From an uncultured Chloroflexia bacterium (lineage in GTDB: Bacteria; Chloroflexota; Limnocylindria; Limnocylindrales; CSP1-4), in contig CAVRBO010000004.1 of assembly GCA_963719285.1 (NCBI GenBank), forward strand, positions 95,103 to 159,102: a DNA stretch of 64,000 nucleotides, in the 5' to 3' direction. Position 1 is the stretch's first letter. Each line of letters begins with the position of its first letter. Shown here piece by piece: positions 8,760 to 19,707 of this stretch. The translations under genes were made by a program, and so were the position numbers. Under the pieces are notes generated by a model. It was not told the origin of the DNA. It saw nothing but the letters and a program-made list of their open reading frames with translations, and did no database searches.

Positions 8760-10940
8760 ATGGCCGACGAGAAGACGGGCACCCCGCCGACCCCACCCGC
8801 CGCACCGGCCGAGCCGCCAGCCGCGCCTGCTTCGGCCGCGCCTGCGCCGGCCGCGCCAGCGCCGGCGGCACCGGCCCAGCCGGCGGCCGCTCCTCCGCCC
8901 GGGAGCGCGACGCTGCCCCCCGGGCCACCTGCGACGCCCGCTGCACCTCCCGCGGGTCCGCCACCCAACCAGGCACCCGATGACCCGCGCTGGCCGGCCG
9001 GTCTCGAGTGGCCCGTGACGCCACCGCCCCCGCCGCGCCCCGGCGCGCCCGCGGGACCGCCTCCCCAGGGCGCACCTCGACCGGCTGCCCCGCCCGCCCC
9101 GCCGGCCGGTGGCCCCCCTCCGGCACCACCGCCCGCGAGTGCCCCGCCCGCGAGTGCCGCGCCCGCGGCTGCCCCGCCCGCCCCGCCGGCCGGTGGCCCC
9201 CCTCCGGCACCACCGGCTCAGCCGCCGGCTGCCCCAGCCGCCCCGCCGGCCGGTGGCCCCCCTCCGGCACCGCCGGCCGCGCCGGCTCAACCGCAGGCCG
9301 GACCTCCGCCGGCGCCTCCCGGCCCGCCCCCCACCGCTCCACCCAACGATCCGCGCTGGCCCGCCGGCTTCGAGTGGCCGGTGACTCCGCCGCCGCCGCC
9401 GCGACCGGGCGCACCGGCAGGTCCGCCACCGGCGGCTCGCCCAGCCGGCCCGCCCCCGGCCGCCCCAGCCGGGCCGCCGCCGGCCGCCCCGCCGCCGCCC
9501 GCCGCACCCCCGGCGCAGGCACAACCTGCGCCGGCTCCTCCGCCCCCGGCTGCCGCGCCAACCGCGGCCCCGGCCCCGCCGCCGGCCGTAGACGCGCCAC
9601 CGGTGGCCCCACCCCCGCCAGCCGCGGCCCCGGCGCCTGAAGCACCCCCCGCTGCCTCGGCCCCTGCGCCGGCCGCCCCGGTCCCGGCCGCCCCGGTCCC
9701 GGCCGCCCCGGCTCCGCCGCCAGCCCCTGCCGCACCGCCCGCCGCCCCGGGCCCGCCGCCAAAGCCGGCTCCGTTCACGGTGGCGATCATCGGAGCCGGA
9801 ACCATGGGTACCGGCATCGCCCAGGTCGCGCTTCTCAATGGGCATCCCGTGCGCCTGGTCGACACCGATCCGGCCGCGTTCGACCGGGCGCGCCAGCACA
9901 TCGGTCAGGCCGTCGCGGGCATCGCCACCAAGCGTGGCCTCTCCGGCGACCAGCTGAACGGGGCCGTCAACAACGTCCTCTCTCGCCTCACAACGGCGGC
10001 CGATCCGGCAACCGCGATCGAGGGTGCCGCCCTGGCCATCGAGGCCGTGGCCGAGGACCTTGCCTCCAAGCAGGCCGTCTTCCAGGCGCTGGCAGCCGCG
10101 TCGCCGAACGCGATCCTCGCCACCAACACGAGCGCTCTGTCGGTCGCGGCGATCGCGAGCGTCGCCGAGAAGCCGGGCCGGGTCGTCGGTCTCCACTTCT
10201 TCAACCCGGTTCCGGCGATGGCGCTCGTGGAGGTCGTGGCGGCCGCCACGACGGATCCGGCCGCTGCCGCGAACGTCGCGCGCGTCGTCACGGGCTGGGG
10301 CAAGACACCCGTCCGGAGTACCGATTCACCGGGCTTCATCGTCAACCGGATCAACCGTCCGTTCACGATCGAAGCGTTGCGGATGATCGACGAGAAGCTG
10401 ACGACCGCCACGCGGATCGACCAGGCGATGAAGACCATCGGCTTCCCGATGGGCCCATTCGAACTCATGGACCTGATAGGGCTCGACATCAACCTGGCCT
10501 CCACGCGTGCCATCTACGACGGGTTCGGCCAGGCGCCACGCTTCCTGCCGTCGCCCACCCTGGAGCGCCTCGTCGCCGAGGGGACCCTGGGCCGGAAGAC
10601 CGGATCCGGGTTCTACAACTACGACGCGGCCGGCAAGAAGGCCGACCTCGTCACGGGCCTGCCCGGGGGCGACGTTCCCGAGTTCGGCATGGGCAGCGTC
10701 ACCGAGCGGATCCTCCACGGCATCGTCAACGAAGCCTACCGGGCGCTCGGCGATGGAGTCGCCAGCGAGGCCGACATCGACACCGCGCTCAAGCTCGGCG
10801 CAGGGCATCCACTCGGGCCGTTCGAGCGCGCCGCCCGCCTCGGCGGACCGGCGTCGGTCGTGTCCGCCCTGAACCGTCTCAGTGCGGCGTACGGTCCGGC
10901 CTTTGAGCCTGCGCCACAGCTCCTCAAGACCATCGGCTAG
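8760..10940 (+). CDS. paaH: 3-hydroxyacyl-CoA dehydrogenase (PaaH-like) with long Pro/Ala-rich N-terminal extension
   Basis: IIGAGTMGTGIAQ, EAVAEDL, ATNTSALS, GLHFFNPVP, PGFIVNR, PMGPFELMDLIGLD; catalytic part starts near 9770. Confidence 0.85.
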   Translation: MADEKTGTPPTPPAAPAEPPAAPASAAPAPAAPAPAAPAQPAAAPPPGSATLPPGPPATPAAPPAGPPPNQAPDDPRWPAGLEWPVTPPPPPRPGAPAGPPPQGAPRPAAPPAPPAGGPPPAPPPASAPPASAAPAAAPPAPPAGGPPPAPPAQPPAAPAAPPAGGPPPAPPAAPAQPQAGPPPAPPGPPPTAPPNDPRWPAGFEWPVTPPPPPRPGAPAGPPPAARPAGPPPAAPAGPPPAAPPPPAAPPAQAQPAPAPPPPAAAPTAAPAPPPAVDAPPVAPPPPAAAPAPEAPPAASAPAPAAPVPAAPVPAAPAPPPAPAAPPAAPGPPPKPAPFTVAIIGAGTMGTGIAQVALLNGHPVRLVDTDPAAFDRARQHIGQAVAGIATKRGLSGDQLNGAVNNVLSRLTTAADPATAIEGAALAIEAVAEDLASKQAVFQALAAASPNAILATNTSALSVAAIASVAEKPGRVVGLHFFNPVPAMALVEVVAAATTDPAAAANVARVVTGWGKTPVRSTDSPGFIVNRINRPFTIEALRMIDEKLTTATRIDQAMKTIGFPMGPFELMDLIGLDINLASTRAIYDGFGQAPRFLPSPTLERLVAEGTLGRKTGSGFYNYDAAGKKADLVTGLPGGDVPEFGMGSVTERILHGIVNEAYRALGDGVASEADIDTALKLGAGHPLGPFERAARLGGPASVVSALNRLSAAYGPAFEPAPQLLKTIG
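8982..9432 (+). repeat. Coding repeats in the PaaH extension: 2x DPRWPAG(L/F)EWPVTPPPPPRPGAPAGPPP and 3x A(P/A)PPAGGPPPAPP
   Basis: Copies start near 8982 and 9348; gccccgccggccggtggcccccctccggcacc occurs three times between about 9095 and 9272. Confidence 0.85.
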
Positions 10941-11036
10941 CATCCGCTAGCATTGACCGCCAGGGTGCGGCGGGCCGGTCCGCCGTGCGCAGGGATGTCC
11001 CACCGCATGATGCGTCCCAGGGCTCGAGGAGGAACC

Positions 11037-11696
11037 ATGACCCGAACAGCGCGGCCTGTATTAGGTTCGATCGTCAGCGCGATCATGCTGGTGGTCCTGA
11101 TCGTGGCCTGCGGGAGCAGCGCCACGCCGGCGCCGCCCAGCCAGGCTCCCGGCGCGACGGCTCCCGCCAGCGGCGCTCCGAACGCGTCCGACCCACTCGG
11201 CGGCCTCGGAGGCCTGTTCGGCTCCCTTGGCCTGGGAGGGTCCTTCGGACTCGGCAATCTCCTGCATGGGGCTCCGGACCTGGAGGCCGTCCTGCCGGCC
11301 GAGCTGTGCGGGGCCCCCACGCTCAAGTTCAGCTTCGGCGGGGCGAGCTTCGGAGCAGCGGCCGGCCAGATCCCGGCCTTCTACGGCGACTTCGTCGGGG
11401 CGACCGGCAAGTCCATGGCCGACGTCTCGTTCGCGTCCGCGTCGTCGACCTCAAGCGACACGTGCCCGGACATCACCGCGTTCAAGGTCAACGGCCTCGA
11501 TGAGAACGCGCTCAAGGGCTTCTACACGACGATGGAGACGAGCGACGGCAACTCGCCGACCGATGCGTCCATCGGCGGCAAGAACGTCGTCAAGACGACC
11601 GATGACAGCTACGCCTACTTCAAGGGCGACACGGTCTTCGTGGTCGACGCCAGCTCGGACGATGAGGCCGCGGTGGGGCTCCAGGCTCTTCCGTAA
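11037..11696 (+). CDS. Putative lipoprotein
   Basis: GAGGAGG SD, hydrophobic signal, lipobox IVAC followed by an S/P/A-rich linker. Confidence 0.8.
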   Translation: MTRTARPVLGSIVSAIMLVVLIVACGSSATPAPPSQAPGATAPASGAPNASDPLGGLGGLFGSLGLGGSFGLGNLLHGAPDLEAVLPAELCGAPTLKFSFGGASFGAAAGQIPAFYGDFVGATGKSMADVSFASASSTSSDTCPDITAFKVNGLDENALKGFYTTMETSDGNSPTDASIGGKNVVKTTDDSYAYFKGDTVFVVDASSDDEAAVGLQALP

Positions 11697-11717
11697 GCTC
11701 GAACCCGCGACTCCGAT

Positions 11718-11747
11718 CGACGACCCCGGCTTCGGCCGGGGTCGTCG
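11718..11747 (+). terminator. GC-rich hairpin, probable terminator
   Basis: cgacgaccccggc-ttcg-gccggggtcgtcg, perfect 13-bp stem. Confidence 0.7.
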
Positions 11748-11792
11748 GCGTTCACGCCCGTACAATCCATCCGTGACTCGAGACCTCGACCC

Positions 11793-13022
<1,230 letters not shown>

Positions 13023-13044
13023 GGCGCGACCCAGGGGCCTCGCT

Positions 13045-13386
13045 GCACGCTCAGCGTGCCAACCAGCGAACGAGGGCCGTCCGAGGGCCGCCGGGCCTGC
13101 GTTTCGCACGCCAGGCGTGCTAGGAGCGAGGTTGCAGACCGTTTCCAAGGCCGCCCGATCTCCGGTTGGCACGCTCGCCGTGCGAGGGCGATCGGCTCCG
13201 GCCCGCCCCTCGCCGTCTTGTGCACCCGGCGTGCGATCCGATCGAAAGGCCGGGAGTCCGACCCGGAAATGTGCGCCTGGCGTGCAGAACGACCGCCCGC
13301 GGCCTGATTCGTGCTCAGGATGCGCACCCAGGGTGCAAGCTGATCGCTGAACCGAGCCCGCCCCGGTCGTAGTGCACGTCCGGTGC
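13045..13386. repeat. Periodic array of short palindromes GCAC-N5/N7-GTGC
   Basis: Starts at 13045, 13106, 13169 (N7) and 13222, 13273 (GCGC variant), 13324, 13374 (N5). Confidence 0.7.
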
Positions 13387-13429
13387 ACAAAGGAGCCGCC
13401 GCCCACCCTCCCGGGGACTGGTGGCGCCT

Positions 13430-13643
13430 TCAGATCTCGCCCAGGACCTCCGGGGCCGCGTCGGGGTTGCGCTTTCCGGCGAAGGGAGGCTCGTCGACCA
13501 GGTCGTCCTCTTCCCAGGCCGGCTCGACGGTGTCATGGTGGCGTTCCCGGCCTGCCTCGCGGCGGTCGTGACGCGGAGGTTCTCGATCGGCAGGATCCGC
13601 CGCCCACGGGAGCGCTCGTTTGATCCTTGGCCAGGATGGACAT
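13430..13643 (-). CDS. Small hypothetical protein (probable +1 frameshift near 13626)
   Basis: GAGGAG SD before ATG 13643; MSILAK/IKRALPWAADP...EVLGEI joins the 13430 frame by removing one base. Confidence 0.45.
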
Positions 13644-13811
13644 CGGGTCTCCTCGGCGGTCGATGCCTGCCGGAACAGCGGGCTCAAAGCGAACGCTAGT
13701 CTTGGAACGGTCATGGCCCGGTCAATGGCTGTGAGGATGTCGACGCATCAGGACAGTCACGCCTCACGCGGCCGCCCCAGAACCGCGTGGGCGCTCGGGG
13801 AGCCGTGGTCG

Positions 13812-15176
13812 TCAGGGCGCGATGGCGGTGCCGAGCTGCATCTGGATGACCGCGAACCCCTCGGGCGACTCCGCGGTGTAGCCAAGGATCAGCCCTCGCT
13901 CGGTGACCCACATCCTCGTGTCGTACACGGAACTCGTCGACGCCTCGTGCACGGACAGGGGGAGTAACAGGTATTCCGGCGCCCGTAGGCTCCCGGTGAT
14001 CGACACCGGCCGCCAACCCCGGCCGTCAGTGGAGATCCACATCGTCGTGCCGTTCTGCAGCGCCACCAGGTCGGTCCCATTCGATCCGAGCATGGCTGCC
14101 TGTGGCACGAGGCTCTGGAGGGTGCCGACCTTCTGCCATGACCGCCCATCGATCGAGGTCCAGGCGCCCACCGCATCGATCTCTTCGTACGAGGCCGTGA
14201 CCGCCACGTCGTTGCCGATCGCGAAGAGGCCACCGGCCGCGGGGAGCACCCGAGTGAGCACTCCACCCTTCACGGCAGTGGGCGCGACCTTCGTCTCGCT
14301 CCATGTCAGCCCGTCGGCTGAGAACCAGGCCGCCGGGGATCCAACACCGGGCCGGACGTTCGCGTAGGACTCATCCGGCCGGCCATCCCGGCCGACGATC
14401 ACGAACCCATGGCCGTAGGCCGTGGCATCCCAGACGATGGCCATGTCGCGGGCGGGAAGCGAGATCGGGGTCCACTCGCGACCGTTCGGAGAGAACGCGA
14501 CGATGGACTCGAAGGTGTTGGCCGGTCGCCCGATCACCACGATGCCGCTCGGGCCAGCGGTCACGGCGACCAACTCCTCAGCCCCGGATGGCCCCCACAG
14601 GGAGCGCAGGCTCGTACTGTCGACCTCCGTCCAGGCGATGCCGTCCTCCGAACGCCAGATCCGCTCCTGGCCGAGCGCCACGAGGTCATTGCCGACCCGG
14701 GCAACGAACTGCGGGCACATGGTCGGCGTCCGGTCATCGCCCGACGGGGCCGTGAAGGCGACATCCCAGTGCAGGCCGTCCGCCGACCTGAAGAACCCCG
14801 CTTCTGCGCACGGAAGGCCGCGGTCGATCGTTCCGACCCCGACGTAGCCGCCGTTCCACTGGGCGATGTCGTTGATCGTGACCGTCGTGCCGAACGGGCC
14901 GGCATCGGCCGCGGGCTGATAGGGGAATGGCGTGATTGGATCGGACCAGTTGAGGTCCGTCCACGACGGCGGCACCGGCGTCGGCCGGACGATCGGGGCC
15001 TCGGACGGAGAAGGCGTGCCGCTCGGCGACACCGACGCGGTGTGCGATGGGCTCGGCTCCAGGCTGTGGATCGATCCGCTCGGGATCGGCGTGGGGCTCG
15101 GCACCGAGCCCCCGGTCCCACACGCCACGAGGGCGAAGGCCAGCGCCGCGATGATCGCCACCGTGGCGTTGGCCAT
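13812..15176 (-). CDS. Lipoprotein with BNR/Asp-box repeats (beta-propeller)
   Basis: Lipobox LVAC, P/S linker, six SxDGxxW-type repeats (SADGLHW, SEDGIAW, SPNGREW, SADGLTW, SIDGRSW, STDGRGW); start uncertain. Confidence 0.8.
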   Translation of the reverse strand: MANATVAIIAALAFALVACGTGGSVPSPTPIPSGSIHSLEPSPSHTASVSPSGTPSPSEAPIVRPTPVPPSWTDLNWSDPITPFPYQPAADAGPFGTTVTINDIAQWNGGYVGVGTIDRGLPCAEAGFFRSADGLHWDVAFTAPSGDDRTPTMCPQFVARVGNDLVALGQERIWRSEDGIAWTEVDSTSLRSLWGPSGAEELVAVTAGPSGIVVIGRPANTFESIVAFSPNGREWTPISLPARDMAIVWDATAYGHGFVIVGRDGRPDESYANVRPGVGSPAAWFSADGLTWSETKVAPTAVKGGVLTRVLPAAGGLFAIGNDVAVTASYEEIDAVGAWTSIDGRSWQKVGTLQSLVPQAAMLGSNGTDLVALQNGTTMWISTDGRGWRPVSITGSLRAPEYLLLPLSVHEASTSSVYDTRMWVTERGLILGYTAESPEGFAVIQMQLGTAIAP

Positions 15177-15620
15177 GGGCTTTGGTGGCGAGGACCGGAG
15201 GCGGCGGACGCGCTGCAGGTCGGAGGTGCGGACGCCAGCCTGCACCAACCTGCCGGCCTGCATCCTGTTCTGCTGCACGTTTGAGGGCCTCGACGTGTGC
15301 GTGGGTGCCGAGCTCACGTTGCCCGTCCAGCGTGCGCACCCGCCGCGATACCGGCAAGTGCCGAACGTCGCGTTCCGGCGCTCCCGCTGCTCTTGACCTG
15401 ACGCCTCCACAAGGGTGCGATCGTGATGTCCTCGGAGGTGGCATCCTCATGCACCCTTCACAGCGCTCGGTCGGGGTTTCGGCGCCCGTGCTTGCCGAAA
15501 CTGCTTGTCGTGCGTACGATTGGCCCATCGACGGCGAACCCGAGCTCCGGGTAGCCTCTCATCAGGACACCCGGTCGCCTCGCCCGCGATCATTCGCCTC
15601 CCGAGGAGGATGCAGAACCG

Positions 15621-16002
15621 ATGCTCGAAGTCCAGCCGACCACCGTCAGCCTGACCGATGCCGCCGCGCTCAAGCTTCGTGAGCTGACCGCGGAAGAGAC
15701 GAACCCGGCCGTCGGGCTGCGCGTCTACGTCTACTCGGGCGGCTGCTCCGGATTCCGCTACGGGATGATGATCGAGGACAGCCCGACCGAAGAGGACAAC
15801 ACCCTCGAGGCGAACGGCGTGAAGGTCTACGTCGACGGCAAGAGCATCGACCTCCTTCGCGGCAGCCAGATCGACTACGTCGACACGCTCATGGGCGCCG
15901 GGCTTCACGGTGAACAACCCGAACGCCGTCGCGGCCTGTGGCTGCGGCTCGAGCTTCCGCACCGCCGATGATGCCGGCAGCGCGAAGGGCTGCTCGCACT
16001 AG
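15621..16002 (+). CDS. iscA: Fe-S cluster insertion protein IscA/ErpA (HesB family; frameshift near 15901)
   Basis: GGCSGFRY, then after +1 shift GFTVNNPNAVAACGCGSSF; GAGGAGG SD; stop TAG at 16002. Confidence 0.9.
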
Positions 16003-16046
16003 AGCCCGCGAACGCCGGCGTCGAGCCGGCGCCGGATCACCACACA

Positions 16047-16080
16047 AGGCCGTCGGTCTCGCCACCGGCGGCCTCTTCGT
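16047..16080 (+). terminator. Probable intrinsic terminator
   Basis: aggccgtcggt/accggcggcct stem followed by cttcgtt. Confidence 0.55.
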
Positions 16081-16104
16081 TGCCGGACGTAGACTGCGAT
16101 CCGG

Positions 16105-16854
16105 ATGGACCTGCCGCTGTTCCCACTCCACACGGTCCTGTGCCCCGGAGTCGTCCTCCCGCTCCACATCTTCGAGCCGCGCTATCGCGAGATGGTCGGG
16201 CGCTGCCTGGCCGACGATGCGCCGTTCGGGGTGGTCCTCATCCGCGAGGGCCGGGAGGTCGGGCCGAGCATCCCGGACCTGGCCGGGGTCGGGACGCTGG
16301 CCGAGATCCGCGAGGCCAACGAGTACGAGGACGGTCGCTACGACCTCGTGACGGTCGGGACGACCCGCTTCACGATCGAGTCGATCTCGGCCGGCCGCGA
16401 GCCGTACCTCGTCGGCGACGTCCGCTCGCTGCCCGAGACGGTGGAGGACGCCGACCGGGCGCGGGCCATGGCGGATCGGATCAGCGAGCGCTTCCTGGAC
16501 TACCTGCGGCTGCTCCGACCGGCCGACGGCGAGAACGCGTCCGGGATGGACGTCCAGGTCGAGGTCGAAGTGCGCGAGGTGCCACCGTCGGCGGACGCCG
16601 AAGCGGGATCCGACGGCCCGCCCGGGCCCACCCGCGAACCCAGGATCCCGGACGACCCGACGGCACTGTCCTACCTGCTGAGCGGGATCATCCAGGTCGA
16701 GCTGCCGCGCCGGCAGGCCCTGCTCGAAGCCGAGACGACCGAGGCGCGCCTTGCCGACCTGGACCGCCTGCTCGACCGGGAGCTGCCGCTCCTCTCCCGC
16801 CGCCTGCGCGTCTGGTCGGCCGACCCGCGGATGCTGGCGATCCGCCGCAACTGA
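16105..16854 (+). CDS. LON peptidase substrate-binding domain protein
   Basis: LPLFPLHTVLCPGVVLPLHIFEPRYREMV, RQALLE. Confidence 0.9.
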   Translation: MDLPLFPLHTVLCPGVVLPLHIFEPRYREMVGRCLADDAPFGVVLIREGREVGPSIPDLAGVGTLAEIREANEYEDGRYDLVTVGTTRFTIESISAGREPYLVGDVRSLPETVEDADRARAMADRISERFLDYLRLLRPADGENASGMDVQVEVEVREVPPSADAEAGSDGPPGPTREPRIPDDPTALSYLLSGIIQVELPRRQALLEAETTEARLADLDRLLDRELPLLSRRLRVWSADPRMLAIRRN

Positions 16855-16918
16855 GCCGCGACCGAACCCGCCGCCCCCGCGCCCTGCCCGTCCCGCGCCG
16901 CACGGTCCGCGGCGTCTC

Positions 16919-17067
16919 GTTGCGTCTACCACTGGGCGTGGTGCTCGCCACGATCTCTGGCCGGCGATGGTCGGCCTTCACGCACGACGCAACTCCGGGA
17001 GGCCGATGCCTATGCCCTCCGGGGCATCACTCACGCGCCTACGACCACTGGGGGTGGTAAACGCGAC
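16919..17067. repeat. REP/MITE-like palindromic element between convergent genes
   Basis: 14-bp imperfect terminal IR (gttgcgtctaccac / gtggtaaacgcgac); ACCAC-N5-GTGGT at 16928 and 17044; central atgccctccggggcat. Confidence 0.6.
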
Positions 17068-17108
17068 CCGGGCACGCGCCAGATGAACCGCGACCGGCGC
17101 CGCTACGG

Positions 17109-17711
17109 CTACTCGCTGTAGCGCTCTTCCTTCCACGGGTCGGCGTCGTTGTTGTAGCCGTACCGCTCCCAGAACCCGAGGATGTCGTGGTCGAGGAACT
17201 CGAGGCCGCGGATCCACTTGGCGCTCTTCCAGAAGTAGCGCTTCGGGACGAGGAGGCGAAGCGGCCAGCCGTGCTCCTTCTCGAGCTCGGCGCCGTCGAA
17301 CGTGTCCGCCAGCAGGACATCGTCGTCGTCGAGCACCGTCAGCGGCATGTTCGCCGTGTAGCCCTGCTCGGAATGGGCGAGCACGTGGGTGGCGGACTTG
17401 CGCACGCCGGCCAGGCGCAGGATCTCCTGGATCGGGACGCCCTCCCAGGTCGTGTCGAGCTTCGTCCAGCGGGTCACGCAGTGGATGTCCGTGGCGACCG
17501 TCTTGCGCGGCAGCTCCTTGAACTGCTGCCAGGTGAGGGTGAAGGGGCTGTCGACCTCGCCCCAGACCTTGAAGTCCCACGTCGCGAGGTCCGTGTGGGG
17601 GACCGACCCGTAGTGGAGGACCGGGAACTTCGTGGTGCGGTACTGGCCGGGCGGGATCCGGTCGGCCATCGCCGCGTCCTGCTCACGGTTCCCGAACAGT
17701 CGCTCGAACAT
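17109..17711 (-). CDS. Sulfite oxidase-like molybdopterin oxidoreductase (YuiH-like)
   Basis: RIPPGQY, DIHCVTRW, HGWPLRLLVP, YFWKSAKW, GFWERYGY. Confidence 0.92.
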   Translation of the reverse strand: MFERLFGNREQDAAMADRIPPGQYRTTKFPVLHYGSVPHTDLATWDFKVWGEVDSPFTLTWQQFKELPRKTVATDIHCVTRWTKLDTTWEGVPIQEILRLAGVRKSATHVLAHSEQGYTANMPLTVLDDDDVLLADTFDGAELEKEHGWPLRLLVPKRYFWKSAKWIRGLEFLDHDILGFWERYGYNNDADPWKEERYSE

Positions 17712-17797
17712 CGCTTGTCTCCGTGCTGGGCTTGACGCATCGTCGCACAGGCGCGGCCCGACGGCACGGCCGTGCGCGGGGGCGTTACGCTTCCGCC

Positions 17798-18712
17798 GTG
17801 ACTTCGCCCGAGACCCCGGAACGGATGCCCAAACCGAGCGCGCCCGCGAAGCGGCCTTCGAAGCGCCCGCCGAAGCGGCCGACCGAGGCGACCGCGACGG
17901 CCGATCCCGGGGCCGAGCGAACGGCCGGTACGGGCACTCCACCACCGGCGACGCGGACCGGCCCGCCCAAGGTCGTCATCGTCATGCCCGCCTACAACGC
18001 GGCCCGGACGCTCGAGCGGACCTACGCCGACATCCCCCATGACATCGTCGACCGGATCATCCTCGTCGACGATGTGTCCAAGGACGAGACCGTGGACGTC
18101 GCCCGCCAGCTCGGGCTCGACGTGATCATCCACCAGCAGAACAAGGGCTACGGCGGGAACCAGAAGACCTGCTACGACGCGGCGCTCCAGGCGGGCGCCG
18201 ACATCGTGGTCATGCTCCACCCCGACTACCAGTACGACGCGACGAGGATCCCGGCCCTCATCGCCCCGATCGTGGGCGGTGAGCGCGACCTCATGCTCGG
18301 CAGCCGGTTCCTGGGCGACCCGCTGGCCGGCGGGATGCCGCGCTGGAAGTACATCAGCAACCGGTTCCTCACGATCGTGGAGAACCGGGCCTTCGGGCTG
18401 CATCTGTCCGAGTACCACACCGGTCTGCGGGCCTACAGCCGGGGCCTGCTCGAGACGATCCCGTACGGGCTCAACAGCGACGACTTCGTGTTCGACCAGG
18501 AGCTCATCGCCCAGGTCGTTGCGGCCCGGATGGGCGGCCGGATCGGCGAGATCGGCGTGCCGACGCGCTACTTCGAGGAGGCGAGCTCGGTCGGCTTCAA
18601 GCGCAGCGTCGTGTACGGCCTGTCGACGATGCGGGTCGTCCTCCGCTTCCTGCTCCATCGACTCAGGATCCGCCGCTCGCCCAAGCTGAAGGCGCGGAGG
18701 CCGGCCCGCTGA
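17798..18712 (+). CDS. Glycosyltransferase family 2 (DPM synthase-like)
   Basis: VMPAYNAARTL, ILVDDVSKD, NKGYGGNQK, HPDYQY, GSRF. Confidence 0.92.
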   Translation: MTSPETPERMPKPSAPAKRPSKRPPKRPTEATATADPGAERTAGTGTPPPATRTGPPKVVIVMPAYNAARTLERTYADIPHDIVDRIILVDDVSKDETVDVARQLGLDVIIHQQNKGYGGNQKTCYDAALQAGADIVVMLHPDYQYDATRIPALIAPIVGGERDLMLGSRFLGDPLAGGMPRWKYISNRFLTIVENRAFGLHLSEYHTGLRAYSRGLLETIPYGLNSDDFVFDQELIAQVVAARMGGRIGEIGVPTRYFEEASSVGFKRSVVYGLSTMRVVLRFLLHRLRIRRSPKLKARRPAR

Positions 18713-18722
18713 GCACGTCGCG

Positions 18723-19707
18723 ATGAGCCGCGGCGGAGCGTTCCGCGCGCTGGTCGGGATCGCCATCTCGGCGATCACCCTGTTCGTCATCCTCCACGGG
18801 GTCGACCTCGCCGAGGTCGGCGACATCCTGCGGACCGCCTCCCCCGGCTGGCTCGCGCTCATGCTCGGGGGGATCGTCGTGGACCTGATGATCCGCGGCC
18901 TGCGCTGGCAGCGTCTGCTGGCCCCGATCCACCCGGTGCCGTATCGGCGGGCGCTCGGCTATCTCCTCATCGGCTACCTCGCCAACAATCTCCTGCCGGC
19001 GCGCCTGGGCGAGCTGGTGCGGGCCCACTACCTCGGCGATCGCGAGGGCGTGAGCCGGACGTCGACCCTCGGGACGATCGTGGTGGAGCGGGTCATCGAC
19101 ACGGTCGTCGTCGTCGCCATCGCGGCGTTCGCGATCGTCATCCTGGGCGTGCGAGGGCTCGTCGCCAACGCCGTCATCGTCGGCCTGGCCATGACCGCGC
19201 TTCTCGTCGTGATGCTCACGGTGCTGGTGGCGGCCCGCCGACTGCCGGGTGCGGAGCGGGTCATCGCGTACGCCGCCCGCTGGCCGCGCGTCTCGGACGT
19301 GGCGAGCAAGCTCCACGGGGGCCTGGCCGTGGCCGGCAAGCCACGCACGCTCGCGGAGGCGATCGTCCTGAGCTGCCTCGCCTGGGGCGCGACGATCATC
19401 GCGTTCGCGGCGGCCGGACAAGCCCTGGGGGTCGAGCTCACGACCGCGCAGGCCGCGCTCCTCGCTTCGGGCGTCGCGCTCGCGACGGCCATCCCGGCCG
19501 GACCGGGCAATCTCGGCACGTTCGATCTCGCGGCCACCGATCATCGCCGGCACGTTCGGATTGAGCAAGGAGACGGCGGTCGCGCTGGCGATCGCCGGCC
19601 ATGCCGCGGTCCTCATCGTGACGTCCGTCGGCGGCGCGGCGGCGCTGCTCCGACTCGGCTGGGCTCGCCGCGCGCCGGCGCCGATATCCGAGGTCGAGCT
19701 CGATTGA
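18723..19707 (+). CDS. Lysylphosphatidylglycerol synthase TM / flippase-like protein (frameshift near 19538)
   Basis: RGLRWQRLL, NNLLPARLGELVRA, TIVVERVID, IPAGPGNLGTFD; the shifted frame restores a last TM helix ending TGA 19707. Confidence 0.85.

Noticed and set aside
13045-13386. CRISPR array
   Set aside because: Units are only 13-15 nt with variable loops, and there are no cas genes; kept as an unexplained palindrome array.
15411-15458. Long hairpin aagggtgc...gcaccctt as an ncRNA or riboswitch
   Set aside because: No recognisable family motif; such pairing is common at this GC content.
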